64,000 nt of DNA from an uncultured bacterium (lineage in GTDB: Bacteria > Arandabacterota > Arandabacteria > Arandabacterales > Arandabacteraceae): the NCBI GenBank assembly GCA_964598025.1, contig CAZRAU010000004.1, positions 10,006-74,005 of the forward strand, given 5' to 3'. This document shows positions 1 through 8,790 of the stretch, in pieces. Within the stretch, counting starts at the first letter, position 1; every line of letters begins with the position of its first letter. The translations under genes were made by a program, and so were the position numbers. The notes beneath the pieces were generated by a model. The model was given only the letters and a program-made list of their open reading frames with translations. It did not search any database and was not told the DNA's origin.

Positions 1-527
1 ATCAAACCATAGTACTGCGCTACATCACCCTTGCTGACCGCACCGGATGTGTCCTCCCCGATCCTTTCTATCAGATCCTGGTGCTCATGGGACAGGCGTC
101 GCTTCTTCTGTTTTATCTTCGATAGCCGAGCATCCAGCTGGCCCATAGTGATGACCTTCTCCCTGTAGGCATCCAGAATTCTGTTCTCTTCCTGGTCTGT
201 GGTGGCAATGTCTCCGTCCAACCGCCCAAGCCTTCTGGCAAGAGCTGCCTGACCTTGTCTGGCTCGCCCCTTCAGCTTGTCGATCTAAGCTGCGATGAGA
301 TCCGGATTCTCAATGGCATTACAGATCGTATCCCACACGGCCTTCTCCAGGTTTGCTGCTCTCACCGACCCTGCCGGGCAGTCCTCAGGCTCGGGGAAGG
401 TCCTGTGACGGTTCCCGCACCTGTAATACAGAGTTCCACGGCATGGTGTGCCCTGGCACGGGGAATCACAAAGCCCGCACACGATCACACGTCCAAATCC
501 ATTCAGGACAGAGATAGCTGTGCGCTA
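1..527 (-). pseudogene. Remnant of a large serine recombinase C-terminus (zinc ribbon plus coiled coil) interrupted by in-frame stops
   Basis: ORF 285..488(-) contains a CGLCDSPCQG...YYRCGNRH zinc-ribbon motif typical of large serine recombinases. Reading the same frame past the TAG at about 284 continues as a coiled coil (LKGRARQGQAALARRLGRLDGD...EENRILDAYREK...). Another stop interrupts the frame upstream, and the catalytic N-terminus is absent. The gene runs off the window at position 1. Confidence 0.4.
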
Positions 528-744
528 TTATCCTGAAAGACCCTGCAATGTCATGTGCACGGGCCATGATGTTCGCGGTCGACAAGTGCGTACGCTCCAT
601 TGCGGACCTCAAGAGGCCGGAGACAAACAGGTCAAGTGGGATGGCCGGGACGCTTCGAGTGAGTATGTTGCGGCTGGCATCTATCTTGCTCGCATGACAG
701 GCGGCCACCACCCGATGACGGCAAAGATTGTCTACCTCAAGTGA
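490..744 (+). pseudogene. Orphan T9SS C-terminal sorting domain (Por_Secre_tail-like) with no cargo domain
   Basis: ORF 448..744 ends NPFRTEIAVRYY...VRGRQVRTL...VKWDGRDASSEYVAAGIYLARMTGG...KIVYLK. This matches the C-terminal domains of the three intact T9SS cargo proteins in this window. There is no upstream cargo domain, and it abuts the recombinase remnant. Confidence 0.5.
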
Positions 745-1116
745 TGACTTGGCTCCGCGAAACTTGGTAGGCAGGCTACGGGAAGACCCTTCTGGGCTTT
801 TCACTCCGGATTGGGTCATCAGGTCAGACTTGATTTGACCGGAGCATGGTCTAAGCAGCTGTCCCGAGGCTGCTTCCGACGGGTAGTGGCAGCCTTGGGG
901 GCTTTCTCGCGATCTGTTGTGCCGCAAGTCGTATTGTATCCCACAACACCGCGCTTTCAGATACCTGTCCGGGGAGCCGGCGCTCTACCTTGGGTCTCTG
1001 CAAGGACCCTATGGTTGGAACCACAACGGTAAACACATTGACAACCGCCCAGCGGTCGGTTAATTGAAGACTGTGAGCGGAGATTGCGGGTCCCTTTTGG
1101 CAGATGAAGGAGGTAC

Positions 1117-1845
1117 GTGATGAGGGCTCTTGCTTTGGTAGGGGGCATCCTGGTTGTTCTGTGGGTGGTGGGCTGCGGGGGCGACACAAGTCCGGACGGT
1201 GATGGCCATGCTCCGTATCCGGATATTCCCGGGTTAGTCGTTTTCTACAATTTCGACGGTGATCTGGAGAATTCGGTGTCGGACCTTCATCACGGGACGA
1301 CGACCAGCGAGCTCGATTATGTTCCCGATCACATTGGGACCGCGGCCTCTGCGGTGGCAGTGGCCGAGGATACGATTCGCGTCGCCGACCACGGCGACCT
1401 GGACATCACGGGATCACTCACACTTGCGGCCTGGCTCAAGCCCGATCCGTCGCCCTATGCTTTTGCGGCCGTCGTTGAAAAAGACTACTACTACTCGGGG
1501 TATTCGTTAGGGGTGGAGGGCGCTGTGTCCGCCGATACCGTGAAGGCTGTGGCCTTTCTTGTAGATGAGGGCTTCTGGTCGGATGAGGCCGTTCCTGTTG
1601 GAACGGGTGAATGGTCTCATATTGCCTTCACCTATTCAGCCGCGACCGGCGAGGGGAAATTCTATCTCAACGGAGCCCCCGCGGGTAGCCAAGTCCACCA
1701 AGTGTCCATGACCGCTTCCAGTGAGGATCTCATAATAGGCACGTCCAAGTATCGAGACAAGTATAAGGGCGCGATCGATGGGTTGGCGGTGTTTAACCGT
1801 GCGCTGACGCCGGATGAGGTTGAAGAGCTATTCATGTTTCACTAG
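1117..1845 (+). CDS. Secreted lipoprotein with a concanavalin/LamG-like domain
   Basis: Strong RBS GAAGGAGG precedes the start. The signal peptide has a VVGCGG lipobox. The body has LamG_3-like motifs (LAAWLKPD, GEWSHIAFTY, GKFYLNGAPAG, LIIGTS). Confidence 0.65.
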   Translation: MMRALALVGGILVVLWVVGCGGDTSPDGDGHAPYPDIPGLVVFYNFDGDLENSVSDLHHGTTTSELDYVPDHIGTAASAVAVAEDTIRVADHGDLDITGSLTLAAWLKPDPSPYAFAAVVEKDYYYSGYSLGVEGAVSADTVKAVAFLVDEGFWSDEAVPVGTGEWSHIAFTYSAATGEGKFYLNGAPAGSQVHQVSMTASSEDLIIGTSKYRDKYKGAIDGLAVFNRALTPDEVEELFMFH

Positions 1846-2086
1846 ACCTTGACGGATGGCCGGGTACCATGACCTGCCGAAACGAGGCGGGGATCTGCCC
1901 CAGACAGCTGTCAGATCGTGCATGCCTAGCGAAAATCGCGATCCTGGGCACGGTAACATTTTCTCTTGAGGCAACGGGCACCAGGACAGGAGTCTCCTCA
2001 GGCTTCGGCACGTGCTTGAATATCCGTCCCAGCAATCGCCGTTTCCCGCCGAAATAGGGCGGCAGGGTTTTCAGCTTGCTCCACAT
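1832..2086 (-). pseudogene. Truncated N-terminus of a D12-class N6-adenine DNA methyltransferase (Dam-like)
   Basis: KTLPPYFGGKRRLLGRIFKHVP resembles the Dam N-terminal motif (xLKWAGGKRxLL). The ORF is only 84 codons long, and its remainder is displaced by the LamG gene. It sits next to the other mobile remnants. Confidence 0.3.
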
Positions 2087-2354
2087 GTCGAATCACTCCC
2101 TTTGCGTTTTGGTCCACTCTGCCTTCCAGGTTTCGCAAAATGCGTAAATGGCGCTGTAACTTCCCGAGATAATGTGGAATCAAAGGTGGAGTATGTCATG
2201 GTATGGACGTCACGAGCCCGAGCTCAGAAGATGAACTGCGTCCATAACACCAGGACAATGGGGGCGCCGGGATGGGGCCCGGACACCGCAGAACATTCGT
2301 CGGGGATCGAACCCCGACGCTACAGAGACTGCCGCTCTCACGGGAGTGGCAGCG

Positions 2355-3260
2355 CTACGAAGCCGGTTGGGCCGGGGGAGCGGAGCGGGTGCCGGCGATG
2401 AAGATGCCGGCGCAGATGAGGCCGCAGCCTATCCAACCGCCGGTTGCCAGAGATTCGGAGAGAAACACAAAGGCGATTATGACACCGAAGACCAGCTCAG
2501 CCAGCAGCACGATGGCCGAAGTGAGCGCGCTCATGTGCTTCATGGCGGCCGTGTAGAGAATAAAAGGAATGACGCTGCAGAAGACGGCAAGGTAACCTGT
2601 GGCAAGCCAGACGTTTCTGCCTATCTCCACGCCGGAGGCCAGGCGGGGCAGGCTCGCGACGAGAAATATGGGAAGCGCCAGGATGAAGATGCTCGCCACA
2701 AACGGGACCTCCCGGAAGCTGCGCCGGCTCACAGCCATCTTGGTGATGACCACGTAGAGGGCATAGGCCAACGATGACGCCGCCACCAGAAGATCGCCGG
2801 CAAGCGTGCCGCCATACCCTACTCCCCCACTCTTGGCCTGCGTTATCAGATAGACCCCCAACATCCCTACCACCAGGGCGGCGACTGCCCTGTACCCGAT
2901 CCGCTCCTTGAGGAAAAGCAGCCCCAGGGGTGCAACCAGCACGACGCTCGCGTTTATGATGATGGCGGCCTTGGCGGCTGTGGTCTCGGTCTGGCCGCGG
3001 AACTGAAAGCCGAAGCTTGCGGCCAGCGTGATGCCGAGGAGCAGTGCATACCGGTCCCTGAGATAAGCCACCAGCAACCTGCCCTGTCCGGTAACAAGCA
3101 CCAGAGCCAGAAGCACTGCGGAGGCGACCAGAAAACGCAGTAGCACGAAGGTATAGGGGTCGACATACTTGAGCCCCACCTTGGCCACCGTGAAGGAGGA
3201 AGCCCACAGGAGGGCAGCGCTTACGGTCATCAGGACGGGAACAGCGTGGGGTTTGCTCAT
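2355..3260 (-). CDS. DMT-superfamily transporter (EamA family), 10 TM
   Basis: Two EamA-like halves of hydrophobic helices. 301 aa. Confidence 0.7.
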   Translation of the reverse strand: MSKPHAVPVLMTVSAALLWASSFTVAKVGLKYVDPYTFVLLRFLVASAVLLALVLVTGQGRLLVAYLRDRYALLLGITLAASFGFQFRGQTETTAAKAAIIINASVVLVAPLGLLFLKERIGYRAVAALVVGMLGVYLITQAKSGGVGYGGTLAGDLLVAASSLAYALYVVITKMAVSRRSFREVPFVASIFILALPIFLVASLPRLASGVEIGRNVWLATGYLAVFCSVIPFILYTAAMKHMSALTSAIVLLAELVFGVIIAFVFLSESLATGGWIGCGLICAGIFIAGTRSAPPAQPAS

Positions 3261-4327
3261 TTATATTGCCTGGGCTCCTCCTCGCCCCTCAGCACTCTGA
3301 GTGCACCCAAGGCAAGCGATTCCCGCTCGTGCTCGCCGGGATACACGAACATCTTCCCGGAGATGAAGGCGACGCGTTCCTTGATGAGGCCCACGAGATA
3401 GCTGGAGTTTGCCATGCCGCCCGTGAATATGATGGCGTCCACCTCCCCCTTCAGGGCCGAGGCCGCTCCTCCTATCTCCTTTGCGACCTGATAGGCCATG
3501 GCGCTCAGTACAAGCCTGGCACGCTCATCTCCCCGCTTCACCATCTCCTCGGCCTCAGGCAGGCTATCGGTCCCCAGATAGGCTGCCATGCCGCCTCGCT
3601 GGGTCAGCCTTGCGAACATCTCATCCTGGGTCAGGTTGCCGGAGTAGCAGAGACTTGCGAGCTGTGTGACAGGAAGACTCCCGGTACGCTGCGTGGAGAA
3701 GGGTCCCCCGTCATGGGCGTTGTTTACGTCTATCATCCTCCCCTTGCGGTGCGGGCTTACGGAAATGCCGGTCCCGAGATGGGCTACGATCACATTGATC
3801 TTGTCATAGGCGGTATCCATCTCTCGCGCGGCCCGCCTGGCCACCATCTTGGCGTTGAGCGGATGGTCCAGGCTCTTTCTGGGCAGGTCGGGATCCCCGG
3901 AGAGTCTTGCCTCCGGAATGAATTCATCCACCGATACCGGGTCCACCATGAAAGCGGGCTTCCCGATGCTCTGGGCTATGTCGAAGGCCAACAGGGGGCC
4001 CAGATTGGAGGCATGTTCCGCCTGGACGTTGCCGGCCCTGATGTCGTCGACCATGGCCCGGTCAACAAGGTACGTGCCGCTCTCGACCGGCTTAAGGGCT
4101 CCGCCCCTCCCTACCACGGCATCGAGTGAGGCAAGATCGACGTTCCTGCTGCCGAGGAAAGCACCTATGGCTTGCTCCCGGTACTCCAGTTGATCGAGCA
4201 CGTCGGCGAACCGGGCGATTTCATCATGGGGATGGGCCACGGTTTCGCTCATCACACAGGTCTCATCCTCATAGATTGCCAGTTTGGTGGTCCCGCCACC
4301 AGGGTTGATGACAAGAATACGCTTCAT
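3257..4327 (-). CDS. buk: Butyrate kinase
   Basis: Internal start MKRILVINPGGGTTKLAIYED is the classic butyrate kinase N-terminus. ASKHG family motifs run throughout. The N-terminus was trimmed from the track ORF. Confidence 0.75.
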   Translation of the reverse strand: MKRILVINPGGGTTKLAIYEDETCVMSETVAHPHDEIARFADVLDQLEYREQAIGAFLGSRNVDLASLDAVVGRGGALKPVESGTYLVDRAMVDDIRAGNVQAEHASNLGPLLAFDIAQSIGKPAFMVDPVSVDEFIPEARLSGDPDLPRKSLDHPLNAKMVARRAAREMDTAYDKINVIVAHLGTGISVSPHRKGRMIDVNNAHDGGPFSTQRTGSLPVTQLASLCYSGNLTQDEMFARLTQRGGMAAYLGTDSLPEAEEMVKRGDERARLVLSAMAYQVAKEIGGAASALKGEVDAIIFTGGMANSSYLVGLIKERVAFISGKMFVYPGEHERESLALGALRVLRGEEEPRQYK

Positions 4328-4334
4328 GGCACTC

Positions 4335-4754
4335 CTACCGCACAAGCAAGATGGAAGAGACAGCTTCAGACGTGACTTTGTCACTTATCGAACCCATGGT
4401 CTTGGATGCCGGATTGCCGCTGCCGGTTCTTCCTATGACGAGAAGATCGTAGCCCCCGCGCTTGAGTTCTTTGAGAATGGCGGGCACCACGCCTCCCGCA
4501 CGCACCAATTTCGTTCCGGCTTCGACCCCTTGCCGCTTGAGTTCCCTGGCCGTAGCCTCAAGGACCTTTTTCCAATCGTCTATGTAGCCCTCCTCGAGGT
4601 CGTCACTCAGATCGTCCTTGTACTGCTCCGGGATGGAGGCGACCGTCAGTACGGTGACTTCCGCCGACGCCGCCTTTGCAACAAGCGCGGCAGCACGGGC
4701 TGCCCGCACGGAAGGCTCTGAGCCGTCCGATGCCACCAGGATCCTACTGAACAT
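4335..4754 (-). CDS. Universal stress protein (UspA family)
   Basis: ILVASDGSEPS...LLVIGRTGSG...GSISDKVTSEA are hallmark UspA motifs. Confidence 0.75.
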   Translation of the reverse strand: MFSRILVASDGSEPSVRAARAAALVAKAASAEVTVLTVASIPEQYKDDLSDDLEEGYIDDWKKVLEATARELKRQGVEAGTKLVRAGGVVPAILKELKRGGYDLLVIGRTGSGNPASKTMGSISDKVTSEAVSSILLVR

Positions 4755-5610
4755 CTTGCTTACCCCTTTCCTCTTGCTCGCGATACTTCGCCTTGAGGTA
4801 ACGTACCTTACTCAGAATCTCTTTGCGCCCTCCGAAATAGCGATCGAGCGAAGGCCTAATCCATGAGTCTATGTGCGCCACGAGCCACCTTCGGCCCCAC
4901 CTCGGCGCGTCCGCGGACGCGGCAAAGACGCCTTCGGCGGTGTAGGTGTCCAAATCCCCTTTGAGTCCGCAGACGGGACAGACGATGGCCGGGGGTTCTA
5001 TATGGAAGAAGTCGCTTCTGCAAACGGGACAGATGCCGCTTCGCTTAAGCGCCTCCGGTGGCTCACCTGTCGCCAGGGCCCGTCCCAGGCGGCTGAGCCT
5101 CTCGGCCGTCTCCTGCCGGAGGATGACCTCCCCCGGACCCTCGGCAACCAGACTCAGACTCTCCATGATCTCAAACCCCAGCAGGCTTGCCGTGAGATTC
5201 ACGAAGGGTTCGGCGACTCCCCGCCATTTGCTGTTGCCCATCAGAGTAAGGGTGACGGCCCGCCCGGGAGCATCCTTCGGAGTCATATGGGCGTTCACAG
5301 TAAGGAGTCTATCCATCAGGCCGACCAGCGCGGCCGCGGCTGACAGAAAGTAGACCGGCGAAGCCAGCACTATATCGTCCACGGCCTGGACCCCATCGAG
5401 GAACTCATAGAGATCGTCGTCCACGGGGCACCTGCCACCTGCTTTCAAGCAACGGAAGCAGCCCTTACACGGGCCGATCTTAAGATCGGGGAGCCGCACG
5501 AAGGCCGTCCGGGCGCCCGCGTCCATTGCAGCGGCGAGGACTTGCTTGACCGAGGTCTCGCAGTTTCCCCATAAACGTGTAGAGGCTGAGACTCCAAGTA
5601 TCTTGCGCAT
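4744..5610 (-). CDS. Flavodoxin-like NAD(P)H-dependent FMN reductase or iron-sulfur flavoprotein with a C-terminal zinc ribbon
   Basis: ILGVSAS...GNC start and VLASPVYF flavodoxin-fold motifs. C-terminal CPVC...CPVC pairs. Confidence 0.5.
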   Translation of the reverse strand: MRKILGVSASTRLWGNCETSVKQVLAAAMDAGARTAFVRLPDLKIGPCKGCFRCLKAGGRCPVDDDLYEFLDGVQAVDDIVLASPVYFLSAAAALVGLMDRLLTVNAHMTPKDAPGRAVTLTLMGNSKWRGVAEPFVNLTASLLGFEIMESLSLVAEGPGEVILRQETAERLSRLGRALATGEPPEALKRSGICPVCRSDFFHIEPPAIVCPVCGLKGDLDTYTAEGVFAASADAPRWGRRWLVAHIDSWIRPSLDRYFGGRKEILSKVRYLKAKYREQEERGKQDVQ

Positions 5611-5722
5611 ATAAGGGCCGGATCCTAGCACAACTGCCAGCTTCAGTCTTCCAGATTATCGCCGCCGTGTCAACTAATCGCTGGACATAGGCCCGGCGGT
5701 AAATGAGAATACCGTGTGAGAG

Positions 5723-6520
5723 GTGGCCATGGAAGAGATCCCGATCAAGTTCGAGAACAAGGGCCTGGGCCTCTTCGGCATGATCCATCTGCCGACGAGG
5801 GAGCCGCGCTACCCGTGTATCGTCTTACTTCACGGTTACACCGGCACCAGAATGGGCGATCATTGCATCCTGGTCAAGGCTGCGCGCGAGCTTTGCCGGA
5901 GCGGCTTCGCGTGCCTGAGGTTCGATTTCAGGGGATCCGGTGAAAGCGAAGGCGAGTTCGCGGACATCACCGTGAACGGCGAGATAAGCGATGCACTTGC
6001 CGCCATCGAGTTCCTCGAGGGCTTCGGCGGCATAGACCGGGATCGCATCGGGATTCTGGGGATGAGTCTGGGGGGCTCCGTGGCCGCGTGCGTCTCCGCC
6101 CAGACCGCCGTGAAATCGCTTGCGCTCTGGTCGCCCTGGGCCTTCATCGACTACCTGGTCGAGCGGGGCGGCGAGGTCGTCAAGGATCCCTATGTATGGC
6201 TCCCCCCCAATTTCAAGGAGGCCATCCAGAAGAAGGGCCGGGTGGATCTCGGGGGGTATATACGGGGCAAACCCTTCTTCGAGAGCCTGGCGGAGGTCGA
6301 TCCCCTGAGAGAGATTGCAAAATACAGCGGCCCGGTGCTTCTTATCCATGGGAGCGAAGATCAGGTGGTCTCCCCGACAAACTCCGAGTTTCTCTACGAC
6401 AATGTGAGAGGCACGCGCCGCCTGATAATAATAGACGATGCCGACCACACCTTCAGCTCCGCGTACTGGGAGACTCAGGTGATCCAGGCCACCAGGGATT
6501 GGTTTAACGAAACCCTCTAG
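5723..6520 (+). CDS. Alpha/beta-fold hydrolase (dienelactone hydrolase / S9-like)
   Basis: GMSLGG nucleophile elbow, plus GSEDQVV and DADHTF triad residues. HGYTG oxyanion region. Confidence 0.7.
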   Translation: MAMEEIPIKFENKGLGLFGMIHLPTREPRYPCIVLLHGYTGTRMGDHCILVKAARELCRSGFACLRFDFRGSGESEGEFADITVNGEISDALAAIEFLEGFGGIDRDRIGILGMSLGGSVAACVSAQTAVKSLALWSPWAFIDYLVERGGEVVKDPYVWLPPNFKEAIQKKGRVDLGGYIRGKPFFESLAEVDPLREIAKYSGPVLLIHGSEDQVVSPTNSEFLYDNVRGTRRLIIIDDADHTFSSAYWETQVIQATRDWFNETL

Positions 6521-6712
6521 GCAGGCGGTCCGGAAATGCCCATCTGTTTCGTTGTGCTCATCTTCCGGCAGGAACCGGTCATAGCCTGCGTAGCGTCGTC
6601 ACTCCTGTGATGACGATTCGTTGCCACAGGACAGGCAACGCCATGCATACCTTGCATCCGGACGCTTTCAAGCAGCCTGATCATCAGGACGGGTATTGCG
6701 TCGACTTGCCCC

Positions 6713-8350
6713 TTACCGGTATCTCTCATAGACAGTGAATATGCCTACCTCTCCGACCTTCTGGAATTCGGTCCGGATAAAGGCCTGAAGCTCCGGAAAG
6801 TCATTGAGCCTCTCCTCCGTATCAAACCAGGCCGCCTGTTCGCGGATGAAGATGCTTACGCGGTTGCGCTTGAGGGCGACGACGATGCGTTCATCCAGGT
6901 CGGCATTGGCCTCCCGGGAGTAGGTCACACCTTCATGAAACCATAGCAGAGGCTGAGGCGACGGGACGCCGAGCAGACCATAGAGAATCGTGAAATCCGG
7001 GAATACAAAGAAGTTCTCACCGCGTTCCTTGAGATACTCATAGAGAATGACCATGTGAGCGGGCAGCACCGGGAACCCACGTATCCTCATGGGTTCCGCC
7101 CACTTAAGCCCTTCGAGTTTCTCAATGGGCACCGAGGCGCCGAAATCCGATCCTCTGAACATCTCATGCACGTCCCGGCGCATGGCCACCCGGTAACCGT
7201 CCCGGGATGCGAAGAAGAGCAAGCCGACCATGACGGCTGCGACGACCGACCTGCCCTTGGGCCGGCCGAGCCCCGTATGGCTCAGAAGCAAACCGACCGC
7301 TATGGCCAGGATAATGCCGCCGGGGGCCAGCCCATTCTCCGGCTGGTTGAGCGTGGTGTTTATGAAAACATGCTGAAAAACCACAAGGTAGATGCAGAGT
7401 GCCGCGGCAAGACGATGCCTGCGCGGCAAGACGGCTCTCCCGGCTCTTGCAGCGGACCTTATCAGAGCAACTGCGCTCACGACCAGGGCCACCCAGACCG
7501 CGATCATCATGAGAGCCGGGCCTCTCCCGCCGAAGAAGGGCCGGAGCACTCCGAACCCGGTCCGGGCAAACGCGGACAGGCGCTCTCTGCCGAGGTCCCC
7601 CGGGACTTCGAAGACATAGTGGATGAATGCACCCAGGTCCGAACCCAGCACAAGCCACAGGGCAAACCCGGCCGCCGTGGCCCCGGCGCCAAGACTGAAG
7701 ATCCCGAGATCCCTAAGGAATCTCCCTCTTTGCCCTCGCGCAGCGACGAGCATGAGCAACGGGTAAAGCAAGCCTATGAATAACCCCACATTCTGCTTGC
7801 TCAGGAATGCGAGAACGGCGAAGCAGCCTGAGGCCGCAAGACCCGAAGGCCGCCACGGGCTGCCCGGTTCTGAGACAAGGCCCCTTACCAGACCCAACAC
7901 GGCCAGAAAGACCAGGAAAAAGGCTGTCTGATCGACCCACGGTGTCCCGAAGGGCGGGTAGAACCACACCGCAGTGAGCAAGCCGGCAACAAGGGGAAGC
8001 AAGCGCAGTCGCGGGAAGAGCGTTCGCACGATGAGCATTGCGACCAGCGCAGCCGCCACATTGACGACCGCGGCCCCCACGATGTAAGCATGGTAGGTCG
8101 TGCCCAGCAGTCTGAAGAAAAAGGCGTGCAGCCAGAACGTGACCGGTCCGAATGGTGCAAGGAAATCCCTGTACGGAACCTGGCCTGTGAGCACCCGGTA
8201 GCTTCCATCAAAAACGATGGACTGATCGAATGGATAGAAACCACGGGCGCCCGCAGCAGCGGTGAGAAAATAGGCCAGTACCAGGATGCCGGCTCCTCCT
8301 ATGAGCTCGGCAATCCTCGGAACGCTGGTCGTTATCTTCTCAGGCGTCAT
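6713..8350 (-). CDS. Polytopic membrane glycosyltransferase, family 39/83-like (ArnT/PMT type)
   Basis: 545 aa with more than 10 TM helices and a C-terminal soluble domain. The overall architecture resembles undecaprenyl-phosphate-dependent transferases. Assignment is by architecture only. Confidence 0.45.
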   Translation of the reverse strand: MTPEKITTSVPRIAELIGGAGILVLAYFLTAAAGARGFYPFDQSIVFDGSYRVLTGQVPYRDFLAPFGPVTFWLHAFFFRLLGTTYHAYIVGAAVVNVAAALVAMLIVRTLFPRLRLLPLVAGLLTAVWFYPPFGTPWVDQTAFFLVFLAVLGLVRGLVSEPGSPWRPSGLAASGCFAVLAFLSKQNVGLFIGLLYPLLMLVAARGQRGRFLRDLGIFSLGAGATAAGFALWLVLGSDLGAFIHYVFEVPGDLGRERLSAFARTGFGVLRPFFGGRGPALMMIAVWVALVVSAVALIRSAARAGRAVLPRRHRLAAALCIYLVVFQHVFINTTLNQPENGLAPGGIILAIAVGLLLSHTGLGRPKGRSVVAAVMVGLLFFASRDGYRVAMRRDVHEMFRGSDFGASVPIEKLEGLKWAEPMRIRGFPVLPAHMVILYEYLKERGENFFVFPDFTILYGLLGVPSPQPLLWFHEGVTYSREANADLDERIVVALKRNRVSIFIREQAAWFDTEERLNDFPELQAFIRTEFQKVGEVGIFTVYERYR

Positions 8351-8368
8351 CCCGGCACGAAGATATCA

Positions 8369-8716
8369 TCAATCCATCACTTCCAGCAAGTAAATCAACC
8401 CGGCGTTTATGAGCACGACACCGGCAATGATCTTTACGACGTTGCCGGTATTCCGCGCCGGGCAGCACTGGTACTCCTCGACTTCCCACGAGGCGATGCC
8501 CCAGGAACAAAGGAATATGCCGCTACCAAGAAGACTGGCCCCTACGATGGTATTGGCCCGCGAATCAGGCGCTTCCGGCTGATAGTCCCCGGCTTGGTCC
8601 GGGGTGACGTCGACCGGGGGGGCGTCCCCGCCGGCAACCTGTGCATCCGCGAAAATCGAATGATCGACCCCGGCAGGCCATGCCCCCGCAGTAGACACCC
8701 CGAGGAACACAACAAG
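8369..8716 (-). CDS. Small hypothetical membrane protein (about 115 aa, 3 TM). Start uncertain, probably GTG
   Basis: Hydrophobic segments WVLVVFLGVSTAGAW, IVGASLLGSGIFLCSWGIA and VVKIIAGVVLINAGLIYLL. The 5' part of the track ORF overlaps the upstream gene. Confidence 0.2.
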   Translation of the reverse strand, partial: LVVFLGVSTAGAWPAGVDHSIFADAQVAGGDAPPVDVTPDQAGDYQPEAPDSRANTIVGASLLGSGIFLCSWGIASWEVEEYQCCPARNTGNVVKIIAGVVLINAGLIYLLEVMD

Positions 8717-8790
8717 CACCCACGGCGCCGCGTCGCAGATAAACCGCCTCCCCAAAAACCCTCCCTGCCGCCTCGGACGAGAGTCCCAGG

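Noticed and set aside
3266-4129. 287-aa ORF on the plus strand, antisense to butyrate kinase. The same pattern occurs at 8090..9334, 10516..11655, 13521..14423, 21053..22099, 27249..28352, 30350..31630, 38221..38835, 46413..47306 and 50011..51585.
   Set aside because: Each lies entirely antisense to a gene with clear family-level motifs. The translations are low-complexity and Arg/Pro/Gly-rich with no motifs. Long open antisense frames are expected at roughly 60-65% GC.
4321-4340. TGGCAC-N5-CCGCA sigma-54-like -24/-12 element.
   Set aside because: It sits inside or at the end of convergent coding sequence with no downstream gene on that strand. It is probably a chance match.
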